Source: a candidate division FCPU426 bacterium
GTDB lineage: Bacteria > Oederibacteriota > PGYV01 > Palsa-1178
Reading direction: 5' to 3'
Assembly (NCBI GenBank): GCA_963840035.1
Contig: CAWIXE010000002.1
Coordinates: 960,001-1,024,000 of the forward strand
Length of the DNA stretch: 64,000 nt
Below the pieces are notes generated by a model. It saw only the letters and a program-made list of their open reading frames with translations. It had not been told where the DNA came from and ran no database searches. How positions within the stretch are numbered: position 1 is the first letter of the stretch; each line of letters opens with the position of its first letter. This document shows positions 19,208 to 30,995 of this stretch, piece by piece. A program made the position numbers and the translations under genes.

Positions 19208-21103
19208 TTACTTTTTTATATCCAACATATCCAATATCGCCCGTTCAATCCCCTTGTCATCTATCCCGCAGTCGCGTTTTAGCTGCGACATGGAGCCGTG
19301 CTCTATGAACTTATCAGGTATTCCGAGAATTTTTGTTTTTACCTTTTCAAGCCCTGCGGCGCTTATGACGCGCATTACGCTCTGCCCAAAACCGCCCTCT
19401 ATCGCGCCTTCCTCGACGGTTATTACCTTTTTTGTCTTTTTTGCCGTTTTAATAATCGCCGCTTTATCCAGCGGTTTGGCAAACCTCGCGTCTATTATTT
19501 CAATGGATATTTTATTCTCACGTTCCAGCTTTTCCGCCGCTTTAAGCGCGTTTTCCAGGGTGGTCCCCAGGCAGATTACTGAAACATCCGTACCGGATTT
19601 TACAAGTTTCGCTTTTCCTATCCTGACCGGCGTGAATCTGATCAGGTCCTTTGATACTGCGGCGCTGCCCCTGGGAAAGCGTATCGTCACAGGCCCGTCT
19701 TTGTATATGGCCGCGGCAGCCATCATGCGCTGCATTTCCCTGTCGTTTGAAGGCGCCATGACCACCATGCCCGGGATCATCTTCATGAATACTATGTCAA
19801 ATACCCCGTGGTGCGTGGGCCCGTCCTCGCCTACCAGCCCGGCCCTGTCGAGCGCGAATACCACCGGAAGCCTGTGTATGGCCACATCGTGGATTATCTG
19901 GTCCACCGCGCGCTGAATAAACGTGGAATAAATGGCAACAAAGGGCTTAAAGCCCTCCTTGGCAAGGCCTGCCGCGAAAGTCACAGCGTGTTCTTCGGCA
20001 ATGCCCACGTCAAAAAACCTGGACGGATATAGCTGCCTGAATTTTGAAAGATTGGTGCCTTCTATCATTGCGGCTACTATGGCGATTATCTTTTTGTCAT
20101 GCCTTGCCAATTTCACCAGGGATTCGGAAAACACCTTTGAATACGGGTTCGCGCCGGTTGATTTCGCGGCCTCACCCGTTATCCTGTCGAACGGCCCCAC
20201 CCCGTGAAAAAGCGTGGGGTTTTTCTCCGCCGGAAGGTAGCCTTTCCCCTTTTTTGTGATTACATGGACAATTTTGGGGCCCTTTATATTCTTGAGTTTA
20301 GAAAAGGTATCTACAAGTTCCTTTATATTATGACCGGCGTTTATCGGCCCGAAGTACCTGAATCCAAGCTCCTCAAAAAGCGCGCCGGGCGATATCATGC
20401 CTTTTATTCCTTCCGCAATGTGTTTTAAGACATTGGCGAAAGGGGCGCCGATGGGTTGGGGCAGTTTTTCAACAAATGATTTGAACCAGTCCTGCGCCTC
20501 GTTATAGCCTTTGCCCGTTATTATCTTATTTAAATATCCCGATAAAGCCCCCACTGTCGGTGATATCGACATTTCATTATCAATCATCACTATAAGTATG
20601 TCTGTTTTTTCATGGCCGATATGATTTATAGCCTCAAACGACATGCCGTTGGCGAATGACGCGTCGCCTATAACGGCAACCACCTTATGTTTTTTTCCCT
20701 GAAGATCCCTTGCTTTGGCAAATCCCATCGCGGCAGATATGGATGTCGATGTATGGCCCGCGCCGAACGCGTCATATCTGGATTCGTCGGGTTTTAAAAA
20801 CCCCGAAATGCCCTTATACTGACGCAGCGTCTTAAAAGCGTTTTTTCTGCCCGTGAGTATTTTATGGCTGTAAGCCTGATGTCCGACATCCCATATAATT
20901 TTATCAGCGGGAGGGTCATAGACTTTATACAGCGCGATGGTAGTCTCCACCGCGCCAAGGGATGACGCCAGGTGCCCTCCTGTATGCGATACGGTCTCTA
21001 TCATATAATCGCGCACCTCACAGGCAAGCGTATCAAGTTCGGCGAATGAAAGCCCTTTGAGGTTATCGGGGCTTTTTATATTATTTAAAATAGTGTACTT
21101 CAT
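19208..21103 (-). CDS. dxs: 1-deoxy-D-xylulose-5-phosphate synthase
   Basis: GGHLASSLG, WDVGHQAY.HKILTGR, GIAEEHAVT, GEDGPTHHG. Confidence 0.98.
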   Translation of the reverse strand: MKYTILNNIKSPDNLKGLSFAELDTLACEVRDYMIETVSHTGGHLASSLGAVETTIALYKVYDPPADKIIWDVGHQAYSHKILTGRKNAFKTLRQYKGISGFLKPDESRYDAFGAGHTSTSISAAMGFAKARDLQGKKHKVVAVIGDASFANGMSFEAINHIGHEKTDILIVMIDNEMSISPTVGALSGYLNKIITGKGYNEAQDWFKSFVEKLPQPIGAPFANVLKHIAEGIKGMISPGALFEELGFRYFGPINAGHNIKELVDTFSKLKNIKGPKIVHVITKKGKGYLPAEKNPTLFHGVGPFDRITGEAAKSTGANPYSKVFSESLVKLARHDKKIIAIVAAMIEGTNLSKFRQLYPSRFFDVGIAEEHAVTFAAGLAKEGFKPFVAIYSTFIQRAVDQIIHDVAIHRLPVVFALDRAGLVGEDGPTHHGVFDIVFMKMIPGMVVMAPSNDREMQRMMAAAAIYKDGPVTIRFPRGSAAVSKDLIRFTPVRIGKAKLVKSGTDVSVICLGTTLENALKAAEKLERENKISIEIIDARFAKPLDKAAIIKTAKKTKKVITVEEGAIEGGFGQSVMRVISAAGLEKVKTKILGIPDKFIEHGSMSQLKRDCGIDDKGIERAILDMLDIKK

Positions 21104-21110
21104 GGTTTCC

Positions 21111-21578
21111 TTAAAAGAGTATGATAGGTATCAATATCCCCAGTATTATGCCAGCGGAGGCTTCAAGCGGCGTGTGCCCTAAGAGTTCCTTTAACCTTTT
21201 TTCCGCGTGGAATTTATTCCTTCCGATCTCGTCCATCATCATGTTCAGTACCTTCGCCTGCCTTCCGGCCGCCCTTCTTACGCCCATGGCGTCAGAGCAC
21301 ACCACTATGCAGTACAACAGCGCCACCATAAACACGGTGGAGCTGAATCCGGCCGTGAGGCCCACGCTCGTTGTAAGGGCTGTAACAGAGGCTGTATGCG
21401 ATGAAGGCATGCCTCCGGTGCCCACTAAAAGCCTGAAATCCCACTTGCCTGTCATGACAAGATTAATAAAAAGCTTTAAAGCCTGTGCGACGAACCAGGA
21501 TATGAAAGTAATATAAAATATCTTATTGGTTGTTATCTGAACCAGTATGTTCCATGTGTCCCTGATTGCTGCGTCCAT
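21111..21578 (-). CDS. Divergent PAP2 family protein (DUF212)
   Basis: GGMPSSH, DAMGVRRAAGRQA, LKELLGHTP. Confidence 0.93.
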   Translation of the reverse strand: MDAAIRDTWNILVQITTNKIFYITFISWFVAQALKLFINLVMTGKWDFRLLVGTGGMPSSHTASVTALTTSVGLTAGFSSTVFMVALLYCIVVCSDAMGVRRAAGRQAKVLNMMMDEIGRNKFHAEKRLKELLGHTPLEASAGIILGILIPIILF

Positions 21579-21592
21579 TTATGGCCTCCGTA

Positions 21593-22477
21593 TTAGTAAG
21601 TTCTGTCAGTAAAGAAATCCGCTATCTCCTGCAGGTCTTTTGTGTCCCCACCTATTTTACCTAAAATAACCTTCGCTTCAAGCACTAATTTTGCGGCTTT
21701 TACAGCCGAAGCTTCCAGCCCAAAAAACGAGGGATATGTGGCCTTTTTTGCCGAAATGTCTTTCCTCAATTTCTTTCCCATTTTCTTCTCATCGCCTGTT
21801 TCATCAAGCATGTCATCGACTATCTGGAAAGCCAGCCCTATCTTTTCGCCAAAAGTCTTAAACAACTTCACTTTTGCCGGGCCGGCCCCCGCTAATAATG
21901 CCCCTGATGCCACGCTGGCCCTTATTAGCGCGCCCGTCTTGCCGGCGTGAAGCTTAGCGAGTGTTTCCGCAGATATTTTCTTTCCTTCGCTGGTAATGTC
22001 TATGACCTGTCCGCCAATCATGCCTTTTACCCCGGCGCCCAGCGCTATTTCGGATATGGCGGCAAGCAGCGCCGCAGGTTTTATCTTTTCATTGCGGCCG
22101 CATAAAAGTGCGGTCTCAAAAGCCCTGTTTAAAAGCGCGTCTCCGGCGAGCACGGCTATGGCTTCCCCGAATTTTTTATGCGACGTGGGTTTACCGCGCC
22201 TTAAGTCGTCGTCGTCCATGGCAGGCAGATCATCATGAATCAGCGAATATGTATGAATCATTTCCATGGCGCACGCAAGTGGCATGGCGTCCGCGTATGA
22301 CAGCCCGCAGGCCTTAGCCGCCATTAGCGTAAGCACAGGCCTGAGCCTCTTGCCTCCCGCGAAAAGGCTGTATCTCATGGCGTCATAAATAACAGCCGGA
22401 TACTCATCCTTCTCAGAAACATAACGCGCGAGGTTTTTTTCAACAAGCGCTGCCAGTTTTTTTAGTTTTGCTTCCAT
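21593..22477 (-). CDS. ispA: Farnesyl/geranyl diphosphate synthase
   Basis: GGKRLRP, SLIHDDLPAMDDDDLRRG, FQIVDD; xseB-ispA-dxs context. Confidence 0.93.
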   Translation of the reverse strand: MEAKLKKLAALVEKNLARYVSEKDEYPAVIYDAMRYSLFAGGKRLRPVLTLMAAKACGLSYADAMPLACAMEMIHTYSLIHDDLPAMDDDDLRRGKPTSHKKFGEAIAVLAGDALLNRAFETALLCGRNEKIKPAALLAAISEIALGAGVKGMIGGQVIDITSEGKKISAETLAKLHAGKTGALIRASVASGALLAGAGPAKVKLFKTFGEKIGLAFQIVDDMLDETGDEKKMGKKLRKDISAKKATYPSFFGLEASAVKAAKLVLEAKVILGKIGGDTKDLQEIADFFTDRTY

Positions 22478-22492
22478 TAAAATGCTCCTTCA

Positions 22493-22611
22493 AGTCTCAA
22501 TGATCTCAGTAGTCTCAGTGATCTCAATAGTCAAAACAATCTAAACCGCTAAACAACACACCAGTTATACGTTCTATTTCTGCCACTCACCATCCACAAA
22601 TCACTACCCAC
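22493..22611. repeat. 9-bp-period array plus a separate 7-bp-period array
   Basis: agtctcaat gatctcagt agtctcagt gatctcaat agtc (22493-22532); ccactca ccatcca caaatca ctaccca (22583-22610) abutting the xseB stop. Confidence 0.7.
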
Positions 22612-22911
22612 TTATTTGAACAACCCTCCATCGCCTTCCTCTTCATCTTCCTCATCTACTTTTGCCTTTTTTGTTTCTTTTTCCTCTTCCCCGCCAAAAT
22701 CTTCAGTTTCATAGCCTTTCTCAGTCTTCTTTTTCAGCAGTTCTATCTTGAGCTTCTTTTCCTTGAGAATTTCCCTGCATCTCTCTATAAGTTTCATTCC
22801 CTTTTCATATAACTCTATTGAGGCGTCAAGGTCAGCCTCGCCTGATTCAAGCTTATCAACAACGGTTTCAAGCTCGTTTAAATGCCCTTCAAACCCGGTT
22901 TCTTTTTTCAT
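22612..22911 (-). CDS. xseB: Exodeoxyribonuclease VII small subunit
   Basis: FE..L.ELE.VV.KLESGE..L..SI.LYEKG; acidic tail. Confidence 0.92.
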   Translation of the reverse strand: MKKETGFEGHLNELETVVDKLESGEADLDASIELYEKGMKLIERCREILKEKKLKIELLKKKTEKGYETEDFGGEEEKETKKAKVDEEDEEEGDGGLFK

Positions 22912-22941
22912 AATAACTCCTTGTCTTATGTTTTATGCATT

Positions 22942-22972
22942 AATTGAAAATTGAAAATATTAAATTGAAAAT
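22942..22972. repeat. 7-bp-period array (AATTGAA)
   Basis: aattgaa aattgaa aatatta aattgaa aat. Confidence 0.75.
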
Positions 22973-22978
22973 CATTTT

Positions 22979-24166
22979 TTACTTGACTTCCGCGTCCAGC
23001 GTTCCTTTATACAGCCTTATTTTAATGTTTTTTGTCGCCCTGTCAGCGTCCTTAAGGATGGCTCCGTTATCATTATAAACCACGGAATAACCCTTCTTCA
23101 ATATATTTAAGGGGTTCATTATCTTCAGCTTATCCGAAATTATCTTCACTTTATCGGATGAATCCTCTATCTTCTCATCAAGTGATTTTAAAAGGCTTTC
23201 CCCGAGTTCGTCAACACGCTGGACATAATCCGTATACATCTGAAATGGCATTTTAAAGGCATAACTTTTGGCCAGCCTGTCGAGCCTTTCCTGGTACATC
23301 TCCACCATGTGCGATATGGCGCTTTTTAAGGTGGCTTCCTGGGACAAAAGGGTTTCCATGATATCTTCCCTGTCCGGCACTATAAGCTCAGCCGCGGCAG
23401 AGGGCGTGGGCGCGCGCATGTCAGATACAAAATCGGCGATAGTAAAATCAATCTCATGGCCTATGGCTGAAACAACAGGGGTTTTAGCGTCATATATCGC
23501 GTGGGCAAGGTTCTCATCATTAAAAGCCCACAGATCCTCCATTGAGCCGCCTCCCCTTGCCAGTATGATGACATCCATTCCCATGGTATCCAGGTCTGTT
23601 AAGGCCTTTATGATCTGCGCAGGCGCGTCATTTCCCTGAACCAATGCGGGATATATGAGGATTTCTACCTGGGGGTAACGCCTTGATATGATGTTTATGA
23701 TATCCCTTATTGCCGCGCCTGTGGGGCTTGTGACGATGCCGATTTTTTCAGGAAATTTCGGGATGGAGACCTTATGTTTTTCATCAAAGAGCCCCTGTTC
23801 GGCGAGCTTCTTTTTTAATTTTTCAAATTCCAGCAGCAGGTCGCCCAAGCCCGTGACCTGTATCTCGTCAGCTATGAGCTGGTACTCGCTGCGCTTGCCG
23901 TAAATGGAAACGCGGCCGGATACCGCTACTTTTTTCCCGTCTTCCAGGTTTAAACCCGCGGCTTTTTTCCTGCCGCCAAAGAGGGCTACCTTGATCTGAT
24001 TGTTTTCATCTTTCAGGGTAAAATAGATATGTCCGGAGGCCGGGTTTGAGAAGTTGGATATCTCGCCCTGTATCCATACGGTTTTTAGCTGGTCTTCCAG
24101 GATTTCCTTAACCACGGTGGTGATCTCAGAGACTGTAAACGCCCGGTCCTTTGAATCACCCCTCAT
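22979..24166 (-). CDS. xseA: Exodeoxyribonuclease VII large subunit
   Basis: GEISN, SGHIYFTLKD, RGGGSMEDLWAFN, AIGHEID, RAPTPSAAAE. Confidence 0.97.
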   Translation of the reverse strand: MRGDSKDRAFTVSEITTVVKEILEDQLKTVWIQGEISNFSNPASGHIYFTLKDENNQIKVALFGGRKKAAGLNLEDGKKVAVSGRVSIYGKRSEYQLIADEIQVTGLGDLLLEFEKLKKKLAEQGLFDEKHKVSIPKFPEKIGIVTSPTGAAIRDIINIISRRYPQVEILIYPALVQGNDAPAQIIKALTDLDTMGMDVIILARGGGSMEDLWAFNDENLAHAIYDAKTPVVSAIGHEIDFTIADFVSDMRAPTPSAAAELIVPDREDIMETLLSQEATLKSAISHMVEMYQERLDRLAKSYAFKMPFQMYTDYVQRVDELGESLLKSLDEKIEDSSDKVKIISDKLKIMNPLNILKKGYSVVYNDNGAILKDADRATKNIKIRLYKGTLDAEVK

Positions 24167-24169
24167 GGA

Positions 24170-25153
24170 TTACACCTTACGCAGATAAGCAGCGGCATCT
24201 TCAGGCAGGGTCGGGTTTATATAAAATCCGCTCCCCCATTCAAAACCGGCTACAGGTTTGACCCTTGGCATTATCTCTATATGCCAGTGGAAATGAGGCA
24301 TGTCAGCTTCCTTTAACGGAGCCGTGTGGATCATGTAATTATATGATGGCTTGTTCAGCGCCTTATTAAGCTTGGTAACCGCGTCTTTCATGATGTGCGA
24401 GAGGTCCTTTAACTGCGGCTCTGAAATTTTGTGAAAGTGGGCCGCGTGGTTTTTGGGAAGCAGCCACATCTCAAAAGGCGTCTGTGACGCAAAAGGCGTA
24501 AGGAGGACAAAGTGTTCCGTTTCCCTGACCACCCTGTCTTTCATGAGCAGTTCATTGTCAATCACATCGCAGTATACGCACCTTTCTTTAAATTCATAAT
24601 AATGCGCTCCGCTCAGGATTTCTTCATTTACTTTTTCAGGAACTACCGGCATGGCCATGAGCTGTGAGTGCAGGTGATGGGTGTTAGCCCCGGCCCTTGG
24701 GCCGCGGTTCTTGAATATAAGCACGTATTCTATCCTGGTGTCTTTCTGAAGGTCCGAAATCCTGTCCCTGTAAACCCTGAATATATCCTCAATGTGCTCC
24801 GGGGCGAGCCTGTCAAAATCCATATCGTGCCTGGGAGTATCAATGATAATTTCATTCGCGCCGGTCCCGGATATGACGTCAAAAATGCCTACTCCGTGTT
24901 TTTTAAGCTGGGTTTCAACCTTTAAATACGGGTTATTATTCGGGATGGCCCTTACTTTCCAGGACCCGTCTTTCTCGTTTATGGTATGTATGGTCTTACC
25001 CGTTTTGCCCTCGTTGCCGGGGCAAAACGGGCATGACGCTTCTTTTTCCGGAAGGTCTGCCGGTATCTTTGAATCAGTCTGGGGGTTAAAGGTCTTATCG
25101 TCGAGCGTTATAACCCATCTGTTTGTTACCGGATCTTTCCGTAATTCAGACAT
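24170..25153 (-). CDS. galT: Galactose-1-phosphate uridylyltransferase family
   Basis: MSELRKDP, CPFCPGNE, HLHSQ active site, FHWHIEI.PR...AGFEWG. Confidence 0.88.
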   Translation of the reverse strand: MSELRKDPVTNRWVITLDDKTFNPQTDSKIPADLPEKEASCPFCPGNEGKTGKTIHTINEKDGSWKVRAIPNNNPYLKVETQLKKHGVGIFDVISGTGANEIIIDTPRHDMDFDRLAPEHIEDIFRVYRDRISDLQKDTRIEYVLIFKNRGPRAGANTHHLHSQLMAMPVVPEKVNEEILSGAHYYEFKERCVYCDVIDNELLMKDRVVRETEHFVLLTPFASQTPFEMWLLPKNHAAHFHKISEPQLKDLSHIMKDAVTKLNKALNKPSYNYMIHTAPLKEADMPHFHWHIEIMPRVKPVAGFEWGSGFYINPTLPEDAAAYLRKV

Positions 25154-25555
25154 TTAGTCCTTCTTTTCTGTCTGCTTTTCTATCTGCTTATCAGCTGAAG
25201 GCTTTTCTATCTTTTTGGTGATGTACGGCCTGAGCACGTTTAACTTCGTGGATTCGCCGACACTTATCTGCACCACTTCGTCGCCCGCGTCTATCTTGGT
25301 AATGAAACCCACAACGCCTCCGGCTGTTACAACCTTATCCCCGACCTTCAGCGAAGAGAGCATTTCCGCTGTTTTTTTCTGTTCTTTCCTTGCCGGCATT
25401 ATGAACATGAAGTAAAAAATGACAAAGATTAGAACAAGCGGTAAAAACTGCATCGCAGCCGCCATTCCTGACGGTGCTTCCGCCCCTGCTCCTGCAACAG
25501 CGCCTGCTGCCGCCGGTACTGCTTCTCCTGCCGCGTACAATAATGATGCAAACAT
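25154..25555 (-). CDS. yajC: Preprotein translocase subunit YajC
   Basis: FYFMFIMP..K, L.VGDKVVTAGG..G; follows tgt. Confidence 0.92.
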   Translation of the reverse strand: MFASLLYAAGEAVPAAAGAVAGAGAEAPSGMAAAMQFLPLVLIFVIFYFMFIMPARKEQKKTAEMLSSLKVGDKVVTAGGVVGFITKIDAGDEVVQISVGESTKLNVLRPYITKKIEKPSADKQIEKQTEKKD

Positions 25556-25575
25556 GATTAAAACCTCCGTTTTTT

Positions 25576-25605
25576 ATTGACAATTGACAATGGCCAATTG
25601 ACAAT
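25576..25605. repeat. 7-bp-period array (ATTGACA)
   Basis: attgaca attgaca atggcca attgaca at; abuts the tgt stop. Confidence 0.8.
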
Positions 25606-27805
<2,200 letters not shown>

Positions 27806-27820
27806 GAAACCTCCGAAACA

Positions 27821-27908
27821 AATTTTGAATTTTCAATTTTGAATTTTAAATTGAAGGCAAAAAAACTCTTGGTTGTAATTGAAAATTGAAAATATAAAAT
27901 TGAAAATT
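27821..27908. repeat. 7-bp-period inverted array (AATTTTN / NAAAATT)
   Basis: aattttg aattttc aattttg aatttta ... aattgaa aattgaa aatataa aattgaa aatt. Confidence 0.85.
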
Positions 27909-27918
27909 AGCAGTCAAA

Positions 27919-28701
27919 TTATTTGTTGTTAAAACCCATCGACTGCGAAATCTTCTCGGCAGTCGTCTTTACCTGTTCCCCGAATTCCTTTATCTTTTCC
28001 TCGTTCATCCTTAAGGCCGGCGAAGTTATGGCAATGCACGCTATAACCCTGCCTCGGTAATTACGGACAGGTGCGGCTACAGATATCAGGTCTATTGAGT
28101 ATTCCTGGTTATCTACGGCATAGCCCAGGGTCCTTGCCTGGTTTACGGATTCCTTAAGCTTGTCCATGTTGTCTATGGTGTAAGGCGTAAATGGCTCAAA
28201 CTTCAGGGTTTTAATGATGTCATTTACCCTGTCGTCAGGCAGCGCGGATATCCATACTTTGCCCGGCGCCGAACAATGCAGCGGCACCCTCTCGCCCACG
28301 TTTGACTTAACGCCTACGCGCTCGAGTGTCTCAAGCACATCCACGTAAAGCACTTTGAACTGGTCCACTATGGCAAGCTGTATAGTCTCGCCCGTGGTCC
28401 TCCATAGCTGGCGAAGGTATGCCATGGCGTGCTGGCGTATGTCAAGTTTTGATAACACCGCGTTGCCAAGTTCAAAAAGGCGCATGCCAAGCTTGTATTT
28501 TGATGTTTCAGCGTCCTGCTCCACGTATTTCCTGAGCATCAGCGTGGTTAAAAGCCTGTGCACGGTGGATTTGTGAAGTTTGAGTTCTTTCGAAAGGGTT
28601 GTCACACCCACGCCGGTCTTGTATTCGCTCAATGTTTCTATGATGTCCAGAGTCCTCTCGACCGACTGTACCGTAGTATCATAAACCTGTTTCCGCCTCA
28701 T
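27919..28701 (-). CDS. IclR-family transcriptional regulator
   Basis: VQSVER.LDI..., LHKSTVHRLL.TL, PLHCSA.GK, GYAVDNQE. Confidence 0.95.
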   Translation of the reverse strand: MRRKQVYDTTVQSVERTLDIIETLSEYKTGVGVTTLSKELKLHKSTVHRLLTTLMLRKYVEQDAETSKYKLGMRLFELGNAVLSKLDIRQHAMAYLRQLWRTTGETIQLAIVDQFKVLYVDVLETLERVGVKSNVGERVPLHCSAPGKVWISALPDDRVNDIIKTLKFEPFTPYTIDNMDKLKESVNQARTLGYAVDNQEYSIDLISVAAPVRNYRGRVIACIAITSPALRMNEEKIKEFGEQVKTTAEKISQSMGFNNK

Positions 28702-28734
28702 TAAATATTACCTCCGTTTGTATGTTCCCTCTTA

Positions 28735-28765
28735 TATTAGTATTAGTCATTAGTAATTGGTAATT
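28735..28765. repeat. 7-bp-period array (ATTAGTN)
   Basis: tattagt attagtc attagta attggta att. Confidence 0.7.
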
Positions 28766-28778
28766 TGTTTCAAGTGAA

Positions 28779-30720
28779 TTACTCAGTTTTACTCGCCTGT
28801 ATCCTCATGGTAACTCGCCTGTTTAACTTCCTGCCTTCAGGCGTGTCATTTGTCGCGATTGGCTGCGTGTCACCCTTGCCAACCGGGGTAAATATCTTTA
28901 TATCCATGTCGAAAAGCTCGGCAAAGAACTTTACAACAGCTTCGGCCCTTGCCTGCGAGAAGCGCCATGTTATCCGCGTAGTTCTTTGACCTTCTCAAAG
29001 GCTGGCTGTCAGTGTGCCCCTCGACTATTATCTTGGTGCTTCCGTTTGATTTTATCATGTCAGCTATCTTTTGCAGGTCCTTATATACGCTTATCTTAAC
29101 GTCAGCCTTGCCGATGTCAAAAAGCGTGTCCGCGGCCAGGTTTATGACTATCTCCCTTAATATGACTTTAGTCTGGACCGATTGCGACCTGCCCCAGTTT
29201 CCTACGGTATCCATGGCGTAGAAGGTATATGTATAAATTGATGAACTTTTTGTTTCCATCATGCCAAGGTCATCTTTGCCGTCCCACTGCACCGGATACG
29301 GCTCGCCTTTGCCGCTGAATGTCTTAAATGGTTTTCCATCCGGGCCTGTGATTATGATTTTCCAGGCGCCTATGCCGTGCAGGTCGCTGGCGTTTTCAGT
29401 AAATGTGACAGGCACGCTGACCGTCTGAACCGAGCCCGGTTTGCCTGATTTTGGGGACGCGTCTCCAAACACATTAGGAGGTGTATTATCAAGGGCAAAA
29501 GGCGCGAAGTTTGACGTTGACTTTACGCCGTTTCCGTAATCAACCATGAGGGCAGCGTAATAATTGCCGTCAGGCGAAGGCATACCCATGGTGTCATATC
29601 CGTTCCAGAAGAGCCTGTTAAAGGCCTTCACGCCGAATATCCTCACGGGCTTTTTATACGCGTCATAAATTGCCATGGACGCGTTCTTAACTTTATTCTT
29701 GGCCACAACTTCCGGAATGAAGAATACGAAATCATAAATCCTGTCGTTATTCGGGGAGAACACCCTGGGCTTTGCCGCGAGTTTTACCTCGGGCGAGCCA
29801 AACCTGTATGATGCCGTAATCCTGTGCGTCGTACCCAGGTCGTCTGTTGTGTACGGGACATAGGCGTAATCAAGCGAGAAACTTCCCAGGCTTAAGCCGC
29901 CGCCGGCCGTAAGCTGCTTTATGGTGCCGCCTTTATACCCTCCGCGCAGCGAAATTACATCCATGATGGTCACTCCGCCGCCGACAAAATAATTCAGATC
30001 ATTGTCATTTACGTACTCGGCGTCAGCTTCAACGCAGAAATAACGCCCCGAGTATCCGAGCCCGCCCCTGAAAGTCATAGGCTGCAGGAATGCTTCCTTT
30101 ATATAAGTTGTTCCGGGGCCTATGTTTTTTGCCACAAGTCCGACTGACAGGCCCTTAATGAATGAAATGTCATAAACAACACCAAGGTCGAGCATAAATG
30201 ATATGGCGCTGCCGTTTGCCGCTGACGGGTCTATGGAATAATTTAAAACCTTGGCGCTGGCGCCTATGAAGAAATTCTCGGAAAATTCTTTGGCGAAACT
30301 TACTACCCCCGCAAACGAACTGGGTTCCAATGATCCGACCACATCATATCCTCCGGGCGCGCCTGATACTATTGTTTTGTCCATCTTTGAAACAGTAAGG
30401 TAATTAATGGAAAACCCGAGGTTGCCGAAGGAAAACGGGAGCAAAAGCCCGACATTTTCATCCCTTACAGACTGGAACCATTCGACGTGGGTAAAATTGA
30501 ATTCACCGAGCATAGAGCGTCCAAGCCCCGCGGGATTATAGTAAATGGAATTTAAATCATCGCCAATAGCGGTATAAGCCTCGCCAAGCGCCGCGGGCTT
30601 AGCCGGCGCCAGTATCTTAAGGAAATTATTGGCTGTGCCGCCTATTTGCGTGGCGTCTGAAAAAAGAGAGGCTGTAAGTGTAAATACAAGCAAAATTAGA
30701 AAAACTGATACTTTACGCAC
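28779..30720 (-). CDS. PorV/PorQ barrel + FlgD-Ig domains + OmpA-like peptidoglycan-binding domain; apparent +1 frameshift at about 28960
   Basis: AALGEAYTA..DD.NSIYYNPAGL; FSPNND; WDGKD; VEGHTD. Removing one base restores NMALSQARAEAV...NRRV to TAA at 28779. Confidence 0.8.
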
Positions 30721-30760
30721 TTTACCCGCCTTATGTTGAACTTTTTAACGTTATGATGAT

Positions 30761-30789
30761 ATTTTGTCAAATACAGGCTGTTTTGTCAA
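30761..30789 (-). promoter_or_regulatory. Sigma70-like promoter
   Basis: TTGACA-17bp-CAAAAT upstream of GTG 30720. Confidence 0.5.
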
Positions 30790-30937
30790 CGGAAATTTTT
30801 ATATGGAGAAAACCGGTTTCAAAAATCAGCAAAAAACGCTTATTTTCACGTTTTTATTGATGTTTAAGCGAATTGCAAGGTTTTTCACCGTAATTGCAAT
30901 TTCTCAATGCAATACAAAACTGCTGAATTATAAAATC

Positions 30938-30975
30938 AAAAACGGATGTTTTGATATTAGTCAAAACATCCGTTT
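30938..30975 (-). terminator. Probable intrinsic terminator
   Basis: 15-bp perfect stem aaacggatgttttga/tcaaaacatccgttt about 20 bp past the stop at 30996. Confidence 0.7.
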
Positions 30976-30995
30976 CCATGATTATTTAAGTAAAC

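Noticed and set aside
19125..19916. Long antisense ORFs (e.g. 19125-19916, 31900-32787, 45219-45827, 33065-33655)
   Set aside because: Shadows of well-supported opposite-strand genes, with no RBS or motifs
30871..30913. Repeated TTGCAA/ATGCAA words as an operator or sigma54 site
   Set aside because: No GG-N10-GC spacing; AT-rich context makes chance likely
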